Assembly: GCF_022045235.1 (NCBI RefSeq) | Contig: NW_027266266.1 | Location: forward strand, 2,046,001 to 2,110,000 | Source: Haliotis cracherodii | Taxonomy: Eukaryota | Direction of reading: 5' to 3' | DNA length: 64,000 nucleotides | Shown here: positions 38,104 to 52,039 of the stretch, in pieces | Numbering within the stretch: the first letter of the stretch is position 1 | How the letters are laid out: every line of letters starts with the position of its first letter | Notes under the pieces: model-generated | What the model was told of the DNA's origin: nothing | The model's database searches: none | What the model saw: the letters and a program-made list of their open reading frames with translations, nothing else | Program-made: the position numbers and the translations under genes

Positions 38104-39090
38104 CTGAAGGGAAGAGAGTAACATTGTTATATTCCTTGTGAAAGAGAAGATATATTACTCACATAAACAAGTGATGATAAATACTGAAATAAACAAGTGA
38201 TGATATATTTGTTTGTTTGTTGTTTAACTCCGCAATGTTCCAGCTATAGGACAGCGGACTTAAAGTAATCGAGTCTGGACCAGACAATCAAGTGACTGAC
38301 ATCATGAGCATCGATCCACGCAATTGGGATTACATGCATCAACCAAGTCAGTGAGCCTGACCACGCGATACCGTTAGTCGCCTCTTACAGCAAGTATAGT
38401 CGCCTCTTACAGTAAGTATAGTCGCCTTTTACGGAAAGCATCGGTTCCTGAAGAACTAATCCACCCCGGATCGTCATAAAATTTATAAACAAGTGATGAT
38501 ATACTACTCAAATAAACAAAGAAGTGATGATATATCAATGAAATAAACAAGTGATGATATACCACTCATGCAAAACAAACAAGTGTTGATATATATGGGA
38601 AGTAAACAAGTGATGATATATTAAACGATACGTATACATTACTGTTATAACTAACACAGATACAGTGATGATATGTAATTTCAGCATATGTTTGTCTATT
38701 TTAATATCTTATTATCTAATTCACAGATTGTTTATTTGTCATGCATGTTTGTTTGGACCAAAGAAAGAATTATGTTTCTCGCCACCATAACTCTAACCTG
38801 CTCTCCCAAATCCGAACGTACAAACTGTGTTTAGGTTGTGTGTATGGGGAACATTATAAGGCATTTGGGGCTTGAGTGTAGGTCAGAGTTTGGACATTGC
38901 TCCAGTGTTGTTGTTTTTTGAGAATCTAAGCGAAAAAAAACCATACTAATACCGAAGACAACTGTATTTTCCTTCAGAGTACGATGTTAATGTCATGTAA
39001 ATGAGCTTGTCTAAAATAAAAGAAGTAACTTTCAGGCAAAACCAAAAAGAGCAGAACCTCTATACTACTTCTTAAACTTATTTATTTATT

Positions 39091-39558
39091 ATCCCCCGCC
39101 CCAACGAAGTTGGCGGGGGATATAGAAATGGGTTCCGTCCGTGTGTGCGTGTGTGCGTCCCGAAACCGTTACATATTTCTCTACGAAACTTTGCATGTCT
39201 ATCAGACTCATGCTGAACTGGTGCCTTTTGCTATTTTGGAATTTTATAAATTTTTATTTTTTATGTTTCCATGGCAACAAGTTGGACTTCTATAATGTTC
39301 TATAAGGGTGCAGTTCGTTTCCGGAGGGTAACTCAAAAACCGTTAAATAATTTCTTACAAAACATTGCATGTTTACCAGACACATACTGAACTGGTGCCA
39401 TTTGCTATTAAGGAGTTTTATAAATGTTTTTTTTAGAATTTCCATTGCAGCTATTTTGACATGGCCTAAGAGAAATGTTGGGGCAGTTACCTGGTTTGGG
39501 ACCATAACGTGTTAAAATGGCTGGGGATATAGATGACTTCGTCGACTATACGCTTGTT
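39091..39558 (+). mobile_element. Helentron-associated non-autonomous element (HINE/DINE-1-like)
   Basis: Inserted in TT without TSD; 5' ATCCCCCGCC...GGCGGGGGAT inverted repeat, (GTCC/GTGT) microsatellite, 3' GGGGATATA plus GACTTCGTC hairpin; absent at the equivalent site of unit 2. Confidence 0.75.
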
Positions 39559-39945
39559 AATTTAGGGGGGAGACGCGTCGAGATAATAGCACGGTCATAC
39601 TGACGTGCTTGTGCGCGCGCGCGTGAGTGCGTGCGTGCGTGTGTGTGTATATGTGCGTGTCTGCATGTACTTGTCCACAGTCGTTTGTTTTATCCGCTTT
39701 AATGCCAAGCGCCATCATGGGTAACAAGTACCTTTGAAAATAGTCTAGTGTGTGACCTCAAAAATAATCATGAGTTAGCATTAATTATTTGAAATGACAA
39801 CAAAGTAACAAATCAATTTAACCATTTAATAACAAATGAAAATTTGTATTTCAAATAAACAAAAATTCAACAATCGGTGTAAGAAGTCAATGATTATTTT
39901 TTTTAAAGTTTTTTCTCCAAACAAGGTGAAGGTCCATAGGAAAGT

Positions 39946-40674
39946 CTAGAGCCTGTTCCAGCCACACCGCTTGTGGTTGCTCGTGCGGCTGAACAGCCGG
40001 CACACCCCGCGGAAGAACCTGACGAGTCTCGATGCTTTCTTTGTCTTGGAGACTATTTCGTAAGATTCAAGAGAAGTCTCGCTGGAGATTACATTGGGTG
40101 CCATGTTGAAGACGGGAGTGTATCTTCCCTCGATCCAGATTGGTGTAGGGGGACGAAGAATGTCTCCACTTCCAGTCAGGTTCTGTGTGAAGGATTTCGG
40201 CCATACTGGTGGAGACGGGGTGTCCTCAGTTGGGTATACGTCCTCGACATCAGCGACATGCACGTGATCCTCTGCAACGTTGACAGAGCTGGACATCGAC
40301 CCCTTTAAGAAACGAAAGATGGAAAATGTGTGAACTGTTCAAAACATAAAACAAATAGAGACAAAACTATGTTGGAAACAAAGTGATCTAGTCTAGATTG
40401 ATTTGAAAGAAACGGTTAATAATTTTGAATTAGCAAACATTATATTTACCTTAACTGCTTGGATGGCAAGTTCGGGGTCGACATCACTGTGGAGGAGATA
40501 GTCCCATAGGTCTATTAATTCCTGCCAATCTGAAGAAAACATAAAACATGGCATTGAAAAATAAAGGAACACTAGTGCTGAACAATTTGAAATTCACGTT
40601 TACTGTGTTAAAATTGAAACCTTTAACTTATAAGGAGAAGTCAACATACCGTCTTTAGTAGTGTTGTCAAACAT
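39946..40674 (-). CDS. Nested orphan 3-exon gene, copy 1 (exons 40674-40650, 40529-40450, 40302-39946; 153 aa MFDNTTKDDWQELIDLW...CGWNRL)
   Basis: TATAAA at 40788-40783, GCCATG, GT-AG introns of 120 and 147 nt with consistent phases (1,0), ATTAAA at 39830-39825 followed by U/GU-rich sequence. Confidence 0.65.
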
Positions 40675-43600
40675 GGCCGGCGATTTTCAGGGACAATGAC
40701 GTGACGCAACAATAGTTGTGACGTAGTTGTGTGTTCCAGGTAATGCTGTTGAACAGTGACATGACGCCAAGCTGCTGCTGCATTTATAGATGAAGCGCGG
40801 ACGTTAGAGAAGACGATTGACAACATTGTCCGTTGCTAGGCCTGTTTGGAATGTGAGGGTCAAAGTGTGAACTCTGATTGTTCCTTCTGTCAAGTCTTCG
40901 ACAACGTATATTATATATATATCTGATTTCATTTACTTTGAAAGCTGTAACAGTAATACCTGTATACCTTAGATCATAATCTGACCAAAACGTTCAATCT
41001 CTTGCCATACAAATAGGAACGTTCTTGAAAATCTATTTGGCGAAATGTGGTCAGTTTTAAAATGTCAAATGTTTAAGAAGAATATATCCACACTCAAAAA
41101 CAACATCAAGGACCGGTTGTGTCAAATTAGTGATGTACCAAAGTTTTGACGACATCGTGCTTACATTAGGGGGACATTACCTATGGAGGCTTGATGGCAC
41201 TGTTAATCTGCCATACAAACATTCCTGATATTGTAGTGGTAATATGCGGTAATAATAAGCGGATGAACGCCAGGCGCGTTCCATTTAGCAATTGTGACTT
41301 ACTAAACTGTCGAAATCATCTCATATCCATCTACATGCATGTACATCCAACTTAACGTGCTCCTTTTTGCAGGTAGATCTATCGAAGAAGAATATGAGAA
41401 CAGCAATGTGTACATGCAATCGCGATGGCCGTGACCTTAAAAGTACATTTTGGCAAGAGCAGTTAATCCAATCTAATGACTATTATTGGAGTGATTTCCC
41501 TTTAATCATTGAAGTTGTAGACTGGTATGTTTGCGTGCAATCCTATTAAACAGCACATTTCATTTCCTAAATTCTACATAGATCTACTGTGTAAGAACTT
41601 GTCAGATTGAAATCTCTTATCAAAACAATAATAAGATGGGAATTGACATGTTTGTTGCTTCACTTGTGGCCTGTTATATACATATTGCTTCATCAAATAT
41701 TTAACGTCAATTAATCCTGTTACATTTAAACATATTGAACATGTTTGAATCGCACATAAAATGTTCAGCTCGCGCACATTGGTCCACTTTGTTTAACAGG
41801 CGACAGCTCGGCGTTTTCAAACAATATTCCGGCTTCTAGGACACAGAGATTCTCTCATCAACATACAACACTGATCTGACGCCATGTTGATGCCAAGCCA
41901 CCTCACAGCGACAGAGATAGATATAAGGTGTCAAACCCCACTCCATTGAATACCATCTAATTTGTCACCCCTGTATACCGAATACTTATTAACACAAATC
42001 TCAACAACACATGTCAGAATCCACTCTACAAAGGCAGAATGTCGACCACAGACGAATGCTGTTAGAACACATTCCTAGCTATAAAAGGGAGCGATTTGAA
42101 GTTAAGTTACTGAAAACAATATTTTAAAAATACAACAAATAAAGGATTTTTATTACCCACCATTACCTTTTTTAATACGATTTTATCTGCGCCCCGTGTA
42201 CCACAATATATATGCTGAGTCCCGAATACCCTCTAAACAGACCCCGAATCCCGCGTACCCAATGGGGGTTGGCAGTCTCAGCGATAGCCCATTTGCGGAA
42301 CTATAGCCATATCCCATTACGTCTAATGTTGTTTCTTTGGGGCAAACCAAATGTGACGACGACATAGAAAACCTACCTTAGCTCGCTGTTCAGATACTCC
42401 TAAAGAATAAACTGTGTTTCGTAATGACTGTAACGTATGTGCAAAGTGTCCTACCATAGATGATGACACATCAGTGGAAGAACACCAGTGGTGACAATCT
42501 ATCTATATATTTGTGATACATTTTTTTATGACAGGAGAAAGATTTAATCACATACAAACAACGCGATCCCGATTACATAATCGTTTATAAACTCTTTTAC
42601 TGAAGAGGAAAAACAAATCGTCGACATTTCGAAGCTCGTGCAAACCAATCTCTTATCTGTTTGGAAACAAACAAACTTTATACAACAACCAGATTATCAC
42701 AATAAAACACATGAATACAGCATTTAACGGTTTTAAGCATTCTGGAAGAGTCTCTGTTTACTATGTGATTATTTTTTAAATAACCGAGATATACTACTTT
42801 CCTCATTTGTGTGGTCCGAATGCATGAAAACTTCAGAAGACCTTATATCATACTTTGGAATAAGGTTTCATTTTGTTTTTCAAACTCTTCAAAATTAGAT
42901 CCTAGTTCTCGTTACCACTAATGGCGCTACCACTGATTTCAACGAAATTGTTTTGTTTTCATTCTTGTTTTTACATTTGTGTTTGTTTGCCTGGTATTAT
43001 TTGATACATTATTTACATGATATCATACTAAACCGGAGACTTCTCCAGTCTAGGTCCGAAGTCTCCCATGTGAAACGCTGGGCTGGACATACACAGTGAT
43101 GATATGAAATTTAAGCATATGTTTGTCTATGTTAATATCTTGTTATCTAATCAACAGATTAATTATTTGTTATGCATATTTGTGTTTGGACCAAAGAAAG
43201 AGTTATGTTTCCCGCCACCATAAGTCTAACCTGCTCTCCCAAATCCGAACGTAAAAACTGCACATGACGCATGACGCATGACGCATGGCATGCCTGTTCA
43301 GGTTGGGTGTATGGGGAACATTATAAAGCATTTGGGGCTCGAGTGCAGGTTAGAGTTTGGACATCGCTCCAGTGTATGTTTTCATGTGAATCTGAGCGAA
43401 AAGGACATTCTAATACCGAAGGCATCTACATTTTCCTTCAGAATACGATGTTAATGACATGTAAATGAGCTTGTCTAAAATAAGAGAAGCAACTTTCAGG
43501 CCAAACCAAAAATAGTAAGAACCTCTATACTTCTTCTTAAACTTATTTATTTATTAATTTAGGGGGGAGACGCGTCAAGGTTATAGCGTGCGTGCGTGTA

Positions 43601-43876
43601 CCAGTACACAGTCGTTTGTTTTATCCGCTTCAATGCCAAGCGCCAGCGTGGGTAACAAGTACCTTTGAAAATAGTCTAGTGTGTGACCTCAAAAATAATC
43701 ACGAGTTAGCATTAATTATTTGAAATGACAACAAAGTAACAAATCATTTTAACCATTTAATAACAAATAAAAATTTGTATTTCAAATAAACAAAAATTCA
43801 ACAATCGGTGTAAAAAGTCAATGATTATTTTTTTTAAAGTTTTTTCTCCAAACAAGGGGAAGGTCCATAGGAAAGT

Positions 43877-44605
43877 CTAGAGCCTGTTCCAGCCACACCG
43901 CTTGTGGTTGCTCGTGCGGCTGAACAGCCGGCACACCCCGCGGAAGAACCTGACGAGTCTCGATGCTTTCTTTGTCTTGGAGACTATTTCGTAAGATTCA
44001 AGAGAAGTCTCGCTGGAGATTACAGCGGGTGCCGTGTTGAAGACGGGAGTGTATCTTCCCTCGATCCAGATTGGTGTAGGGGGACGAAGAATGTCTCCAC
44101 TTCCAGTCAGGTTCTGTGTGAAGGATTTCGGCCATACTGGTGGAGACGGGGTGTCCTCAGTTGGGTATACGTCCTCGACATCAGCGACATGCACGTGATC
44201 CTCTGCAACGTTGACAGAGCTGGACATCGACCCCTTTAAGAAACGAAAGATGGAAAATGTGTGAACTGTTCAAAACATAAAACAAATAGAGACAAAATTA
44301 TGTTGGAAACAAAGTGATCTAGTCTAGATTGATTTGAAAGAAACAGTTAATAATTTTGAATTAGCAAACATTATATTTACCTTAACTGCTTGGATGGCAA
44401 GTTCGGGGTCGACATCACTGTGGAGGAGATAGTCCCATAGGTCTATTAATTCCTGCCAATCTGAAGAAAACATAAAACATGGCATTGAAAAATAAAGGAA
44501 CACTAGTGCTGAACAATTTGAAATTCACGTTTACTGTGTTAAAATTGAAACCTTTAACTTATAAGGAGAAGTCAACATACCGTCTTTAGTACTGTTGTCC
44601 AACAT
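43877..44605 (-). CDS. Nested orphan 3-exon gene, copy 2 (exons 44605-44581, 44460-44381, 44233-43877)
   Basis: Same structure, offset +3931; frame intact; TATA changed to TTTAAA. Confidence 0.62.
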
Positions 44606-47600
44606 GGCCGGCGATTTTCAGGGACAATGACGTGACGTAACAATAGTTGTGACGTAGTTGTATGTTCCAGGTAATGCTGTTGAACAGTGACATGACGCCA
44701 AGCTGCTGCTGCATTTAAAGATGAAGCGCGGACGTTAGAGAAGACGATTGACAACATTGTCCGTTGCTAGGCCTGTTTGGAATGTGAGGGTCAAAGTGTG
44801 AACTCTGATTGTTCCTTCTGTCAAGTCTTCGACAACGTATATTATATATATCTGATTTCATTTACTTTGAAAGCTGTAACAACAGTAATACCTGTATACC
44901 TTAGATCATAATCTGACCAAAACGTTCAATCTCATTCCATACAAATAGGTACGTTCTTGAGAATTTTTTGGCGAAATGTGGTCAGTTTTAAAATGTCAAA
45001 TGTTTCAGAAGAATATATCCAAACTCCAAAACAACACCAAGGACCGGTTGTGTCAAATTAGTGATGTACCAAAGTTTTGACGACACCCTGCTTACATTAG
45101 CGGGACATTACCTATGGAGGCTTGATGGCACTGTTAATCTGCCATACAAACATTCCTGATATTACAGCGGTTATATATGCGGTAATAATAAGCGGATGAA
45201 CGCCAGGCGCGTTCCATTTAGCAATTGTGACTTACTAAACTGTTGAAATCATCTCATATCCATCTACATGCATGTACATCCAACTTAACGTGCTCCTTTT
45301 CGCAGGTAGATCTATCGAAGAAGAATATGAGAACAGCAATGTGTACATGCAATCGCGATGGCCGTGACCTTAAAAGTACATTTTGGCAAGGGCAGTTAAT
45401 CCAATCTAATGACTATTATTGGAGTGATTACCCTTTAATCATTGAAGTTGTAGACTGGTATGTTTGCGTGCAATCCTATTAAACAGCACATTTCATTTCC
45501 TAAATTCTACATAGATCTACTGTGTAAGAACTTGTCAGATTGAAATCTCTTATCAAAACAATAATAAGATGGGAATTGACATGTTTGTTGCTTCACTTGT
45601 GGCCTGTTATATACATATTGCTTCATCAAATATTTAACGTCAATTAATCCTGTTACATTTAAACATATTGAACATGTTTGAATCGCACATAAAATGTTCA
45701 GCTCGCGCACATTGGTCCACTTTGTTTAACAGGCGACAGCTCGGCGTTTTCAAACAATATTCCGGCTTCTAGGACACAGAGATTCTCTCATCAACATACA
45801 ACACTGATCTGACGCCATGTTGATGCCAAGCCACCTCACAGCGACAGAGATAGATATAAGGTGTCAAACCCCACTCCACTGAATACCATCTAATTTGTCG
45901 CCCCTGTATACCGAATACTTATTAACACAAATCTCAACAGCACATGTCAGAATCCACTCTACAAAGGCAGAATGTCGATCACAGACGAATGCTGTTAGAA
46001 CACATTCCTAGCTATAAAAGGGAGCGATTTGAAGTTAAGTTACTGAAAACAATATTTAAAAAATACAACAAATAAAGGATTTTTATTACCCACCATTACC
46101 TTTTTAAATACGATTTTATTTGTGCCCGCCCCGTGTACCACAATATATATGCTGAGTCCCGAATACCCTCTAAACAGACCCCGAATCCCGCGTACCCAAT
46201 GGGGGTTGGCAGTCTCAGCGATAGCCCATTTGCGGAACTATAGCCATATCCCATTACGTCTAATGTTGTTTCTTTGGGGCAAACCAAATGTGACGACGAC
46301 ATAGAAAACCTACCTTAGCTCGCTGTTCAGATACTCCTAAAGAATAAACTGTGTTTCGTAATGACTGTAACGTATGTGCAAAGTGCCCTACCATGGATGA
46401 TGACACATCAGGGGAAGAACACCAGCGGTGACAATCTATCTATATATTTGTAATATATTTTTTTTATGACAGGAGAAAGATTTAATCACATACAAACAAC
46501 GCGATCCCGATTACATAATCGTTTATAAACTCTTTTACTGAAGAGAAAAACAAATCGTCGACATTTCGAAGCTCGTGCAAACCAATCTCTTATCTGTATG
46601 GAAACAAACAAACTTTATACAACAACCAATAAACAATAAAACACAATAAAACACATGAATACAGCATTTAACGGTTTATATGCGTTTTAAGCATACTGGA
46701 AGAGTCTCTGTTTACTATGTGATTATTTTTTAAATAACCGAGATATACTACTTTCCTCATTTGTGTGGTCCGAATGCATGAAAACTTCAGAAGACTTTAT
46801 ATCATACTTTGGAATAAGGTTTCATTTTATTTTTCAAACTCTTCAAAATTAGATCTTAGTTCTCGTTACCGCTAATGGCGCTACCACTGATTTCAACGAG
46901 ATTGTTTTGTTTTCATTCTTGTTTTTACATTTGTGTTTGTTTGCCTGGTATTATTTGATACATTATTTACATGATATCATACTAAACCGGAGACTTCTCC
47001 AGTCTAGGTCCGAAGTCTCCCATGTGAAACGCTGGGCTGGACATACACAGTGATGATATGAAATTTAAGCATATGTTTGTCTATGTTAATATCTTGTTAT
47101 CTAATCCACAGATTTATTATTTGTTATGCATATTTGTGTTTGGACCAAAGAAAGAATTATGTTTCCCGCCACCATAAGTCTAACCTGCTCTCCCAAATCC
47201 GAACGTACAAACTGCACATGACGCATGACGCATGACGCATGACGCATTTCATGTCTGTTCAGGTTGTGTGTATGGGGAACATTATAAGGCATTGGGGCTC
47301 GAGTGCAGGTTAGAGTTTGGACATCGCTCCAGTGTATGTTTTCATGTGAATCTGAGCGAAAAGGACATTCTAATACCGAAGGCATCTACATTTTCCTTCA
47401 GAATAGGATGTTAATGTCATGTAAATGAGCTTGTCTAAAAATAAAAGAAGCAACTTTCAGGCCAAACCAAAAATAGTAAGAACTCTATACTACTTATTTA
47501 CTTTATTTATTTATTCATTTACGGGGAGGGGGGCACGCGTCAAGTTCATAGTGACGTNNNNNNNNNNNNNNNNNNNNNNNNNNNNNNNNNNNNNNNNNNN

Positions 47601-47959
47601 NNNNNNNNNNNNNNNNNNNNNNNNNNNNNNNNNNNNNNNNNNNNNNNNNNNNNNNNNNNNNNNNNNNNNNNNNNNNNNNNNNNNNNNNNNNNNNNNNNNN
47701 TTTGTTTTATCCGCTTTAATGCCAAGCGTCAGCTAAGGCAACAAGTAGCTTTGAATATAATCTTTTGTGACCTCAAAAACAATCACGAGTTAGCATTAAT
47801 TATTTGAAATGACAACAAAGTAACAAATCAATTTAACCATTTAATAACAAATAAAAATTTGTGTTTCACAACAACAAAAAATCAACAATCGGTGTAAAGA
47901 GTCAATGATTAATTGTTTTCAGTTTTTTCTTCAAACAAGGGGAAGGTCCATAAGAAAGT

Positions 47960-48688
47960 CTAGAGCCTGTTCCCGCCACCCGGCTTGTGGTTGCTCGTGC
48001 GGCTGAACAGCCGGCACACCCCGCTGTAGAACCTGATGAGTCTTGATCCTTTCTTTGTCTTGGAGACTATTTCGTAAGATTCAAGAGAAGTCTCGCTGGA
48101 GATTACAGCGGGTGCCGTGTTGAAGACGGGAGTGTATCTTCCCTCGATCCAGATTGGTGTAGGGGGACGAAGAATGTCTCCACTTCCAGTCAGGTTCTGT
48201 GTGAAGGATTTCGGCCATACTGGTGGAGACGGGGTGTCCTCAGTCGGGTATACGTCCTCGACATCAGCGACATGCACGTGATCCTCTGCAACGTTGACAG
48301 AGCTGGACATCGACCCCTTTAAGAAACGAAAGATGGAAAATGTGTGAACTGTTCAAAACATAAAACAAATAGAGACAAAACTATGTTGGAAACAAAGTGA
48401 TCTAGTCTAGATTGATTTGAGAGAAACGTTTAATAATTTTGAATTAGCAAACATTATATTTACCTTAACTGCTTGGATGGCAAGTTCGGGGTCGACATCA
48501 CTGTGGAGGAGATAGTCCCATAGGTCTATTAATTCCTGCCAATCTGAAGAAAACATAAAACATGGCATTGAAAAATAAAGGAACACTAGTGCTGAACAAT
48601 TTGAAATTCACGTTTGCTGTGTTAAAATTGAAACCTTTAACTTACAAGGAGAAGTCAACATACCGTCTTTAGTACTGTTGTCCAACAT
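47960..48688 (-). CDS. Nested orphan 3-exon gene, copy 3 (exons 48688-48664, 48543-48464, 48316-47960)
   Basis: Same structure, offset +8014; frame intact; C-terminal substitutions. Confidence 0.62.
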
Positions 48689-51212
48689 GGCCGGTGATTT
48701 TCAGGGACAATGACGTGACGTAACAATAGTTGTGACGTAGTTGTGTGTTCCAGGTGATGCTGTTGAACAGTGACATGACGCCAAGCTGCTGCTGCATTTA
48801 TAGATGAAGCGCGGACGTTAGAGAAGACGATTGACAACCTTGCCCGTTGCTAGGCCTGTTTGGAATGTGAGGGTCAAAGTGTGAACTCTGATTGTTCCTT
48901 CTGTCAAGTCTTCGACAACGTATATTATATATATCTGATTTCATTTACTTTGAAAGCTGTAACAACAGTAATACCTATATACCATAGATGATAATCTGAC
49001 CAAAACGTTCAAGAAAAATCACCAATCTCTTGCCATACAAATAGGAACGTTCTTGAAAATCTATTTGGCGAAACCTGGTCAATTTTAAAATGTCAAATGT
49101 TTAAGAAGAATATCTCCAAACTCCAAAACAACACCAAGGACCGGTTGTGTCAAATTAGTGATGTACCAAAGTTTTGACGACACCCTGCTTACATTAGCGG
49201 GACATTACCTATGGAGGCTTGATGGCACTGTTAATCTGCCATACAAACATTCCTGATATTACAGCGGTTATATATGCGGTAATAATAAGCGGATGAACGC
49301 CAGGCGCGTTCCATTTAGCAATTGTGACTTACTAAACTGTCGAAATCATCTCATATTCATCTACATGCATGTACATCCAACTTAACGTGCTCCTTTTCGC
49401 AGGTAGATCTATCGAAGAAGAATATGAGAACAGCAATGTGTACATGCAATCGCGATGGCCGTGACCTTAAAAGTACATTTTGGCAAGGGCAGTTAATCCA
49501 ACCTAATGACTATTATTGGAGTGATTTCCCTTTAATCATTCATGTTGTAGACTGGTATGTTTGCGTGCAATCCTATTAAAACAGCACATTTCATTTCCTA
49601 AATTCTACATAGACCTACTGTGTAAGAACTTGAAATCTCTTATCAAAACAATAATAAGATGGGAATTGACATGTTTGTTGCTTCACTTGTGGCCTGTTAT
49701 ATACATATTGCTTCATCAAATATTTAACGTCAATTAATCCTGTTACATTTAAACATATTGAACGTAGTGTGTAGTGTACAAAACGACCAATATACTTTAT
49801 ATAAACCAACATAACGTCGTAATACTGTTTGAATCGCACATAAAATGTTCAGCTCGCGCACATTGGTCCACTTTGTTGTAACAGGCGACAGCTCGGGATT
49901 TTCAAACAATATTCCGGCTTCTAGGACACAGAGATTCTCTCATCAACATACAACACTGATCTGACGCCATGTTGATGCCAAGCCACCTCACAGCGACAGA
50001 GATAGATATAAGGTGTCAAACCCCACTCCACTGAATACCATCTAATTTGTCGCCCCTGTATACCGAATACTAATTAACACAAATCTCAACAACACATGTC
50101 AGAATCCACTCTACAAGGGCAGAATGTCGATCACAGACGAATATTGTTAGAACACATTTCTAGCTATAAAAGGGAGCGATTTGAAGTTAAGTTACTGAAA
50201 ACAATATTTAAAAAATACAACAAATAAGGGATTTTTATTACCCACCATTACATTTTTAATACGATTTTATTTGTGCCCCGTGTACCACAATATATTGACG
50301 AGTCCCGAATACCCTCTAAATAGACCCCGAATCCCGCGTACCCAATGGGGGTTGGCAGTCTCAGAGATAGCCCATTCGCGGAATTATAGCCAATTCCCTT
50401 CACGTCTAATGTTGTTTCTTGGAGGCAAACCAAATGTGACGACGACATAGACCAACCTACCTTAGCTCGCTTCGAAGTATCTGTTGAAGTACTAAAGAAT
50501 AAACTGTGTTTCGTAATGACAGTAGCGTATGTGCAAAGTGTCCTACGATAGATGATGACACTTTAGGGGAAGAGCACCAGCGGTGACAATCTATATTTGT
50601 AATATATTTTTTTATGACGGTAGAAACATTTAATCACCTGCAAACAACGCGATCCCGATTACATAATCGTTTATAAACTCTTATACTAAAGAGAAAAACA
50701 AATCGTCGACATTTCGAAGCTCGTTCAGACAAATCTCGTATCTGTTTGGAAACAGTGTTTTTACCTTATTATCACAAGAAAACACATGAATACAGCATTT
50801 AACGGTTTATATGCGTTCGAAGCATACTTGAAGATAGTATATCCGAGATATATTACTTTTCTCTCCATGTTGTGGTCCGAATGCATGAAAACCTCAGCAG
50901 CCATTCTTTTATAACCATTTGGAATAATGTTTCATTTTGTTTTTCAAAGTCTTCAAAATCAGATCTTAGTTATCGCTACCGCTAATGTCGCTTGCACTGA
51001 TTTTAATGTGATTGTTTTGTTTTCATTCTTGTTTTTGCATTTTGTTTGTTTGTTTGATATTATTTGACACATTATTTACATGACATTATATTTAACAGTA
51101 GACTGCTTCAGTGTAGGTCCGAAGTCTCCCACGTGAGACGCTGGGCTAGACAATCGCAGCGTTGTCTCCTCGTCCTCCTTATCAGAAAACAAACGTGCAT
51201 TCGCATACTCAC

Positions 51213-51359
51213 CGTGTGTCCAAAAGTCTTTAAACATGCATCTATTATTTTAACAGTCCATCTCTCGCTGATTGCTTCGGGTACCTTGGCATCGAAATAC
51301 ACCTGCACAAATACTGCCCCGACTATGCCCCATATTAACACTGTTTTGAACCACGTCAT
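51213..51359 (-). CDS. AADAC/NCEH1-like esterase exon 1 (N-terminal signal anchor MTWFKTVLIWGIVGAVFVQVYF...)
   Basis: GCC ATG, hydrophobic anchor followed by P...SE.W, donor ACG|gtgagt, 147 nt, phase 0. Confidence 0.8.
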
Positions 51360-51596
51360 GGCGGGAACCAGCACGAGATAACAGTGACCCGGATCACTGT
51401 TGTATCAACCGATAACAACCACCCACGTGATCTGTATAGAAACTAGATAACTTTGATCAAGAGGATCGCGCGCAAAGAAATGTTGTAGTCTATCTACCTA
51501 TTGACTCTGATACTTATACTGTCATAAAGCGCACATGTGTAACTCAGTCTGAACTGAGAACATAAAACAAATTGTAATTTGCGTGTGGTTCCTTCA

Positions 51597-52039
51597 TACG
51601 AAAGCCTATTGAGATTAAAATTGAAATATGGATAATTTTTCCTTATTCCGTAATAACGATATTGTTTCCGTAATAACGAATCTTTTTTTCCGTTATAACG
51701 AATATAATTTTTGTAATAATGAAACTTTTTTTCGCAATAACAAAAGTATTTTCGTAATAACATTTTTTTCCGTGATAAGGATTCTTTTTCCGTTATAACG
51801 AATTGTTAAGCGTAAAAACGAATCTTTTTTTCGCAAAAGCGAATTCATTTTCATAATAACGAAACTTTTTTCAGTTTTAACAAATTTATTTTGGTATTAA
51901 CGAATCCTTTTTTCGTAATAACGAATCTTTTTTTGCAATGGCGAATTTATTTTCAAAATAACGAATCTTCTTTCCGATATAACGAATTTCTTTTCGTGTC
52001 TTTTCCATATTTTAATTTTGACCCCAATAGGCTTTCGTA
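51597..52039. mobile_element. MITE with ~35-bp TIRs, 6-bp TSD and internal ~22-bp tandem array
   Basis: TACGAAAGCCTATTG...CAATAGGCTTTCGTA; TSD CCTTCA at 51591-51596 and 52040-52045; internal CGTAATAACGAATCTTTTTT units. Confidence 0.85.

Larger units (their letters stand above)
38660..51151. repeat. Tandem triplication of ~4 kb unit inside esterase intron 1 (junctions ~43090 and ~47044)
   Basis: Near-identical ORF sets at offsets 3931 and 8014; junction gctgggctggaca|tacacagtgatgatatg fuses the 51140-type end to the 38660-type start. Confidence 0.92.

Noticed and set aside
42183-42365. 60-68 aa ORF repeated in all three units, with a possible hairpin/pseudoknot on the + strand
   Set aside because: Conservation is explained by recent duplication; C-terminal frames differ among copies and pairings do not covary
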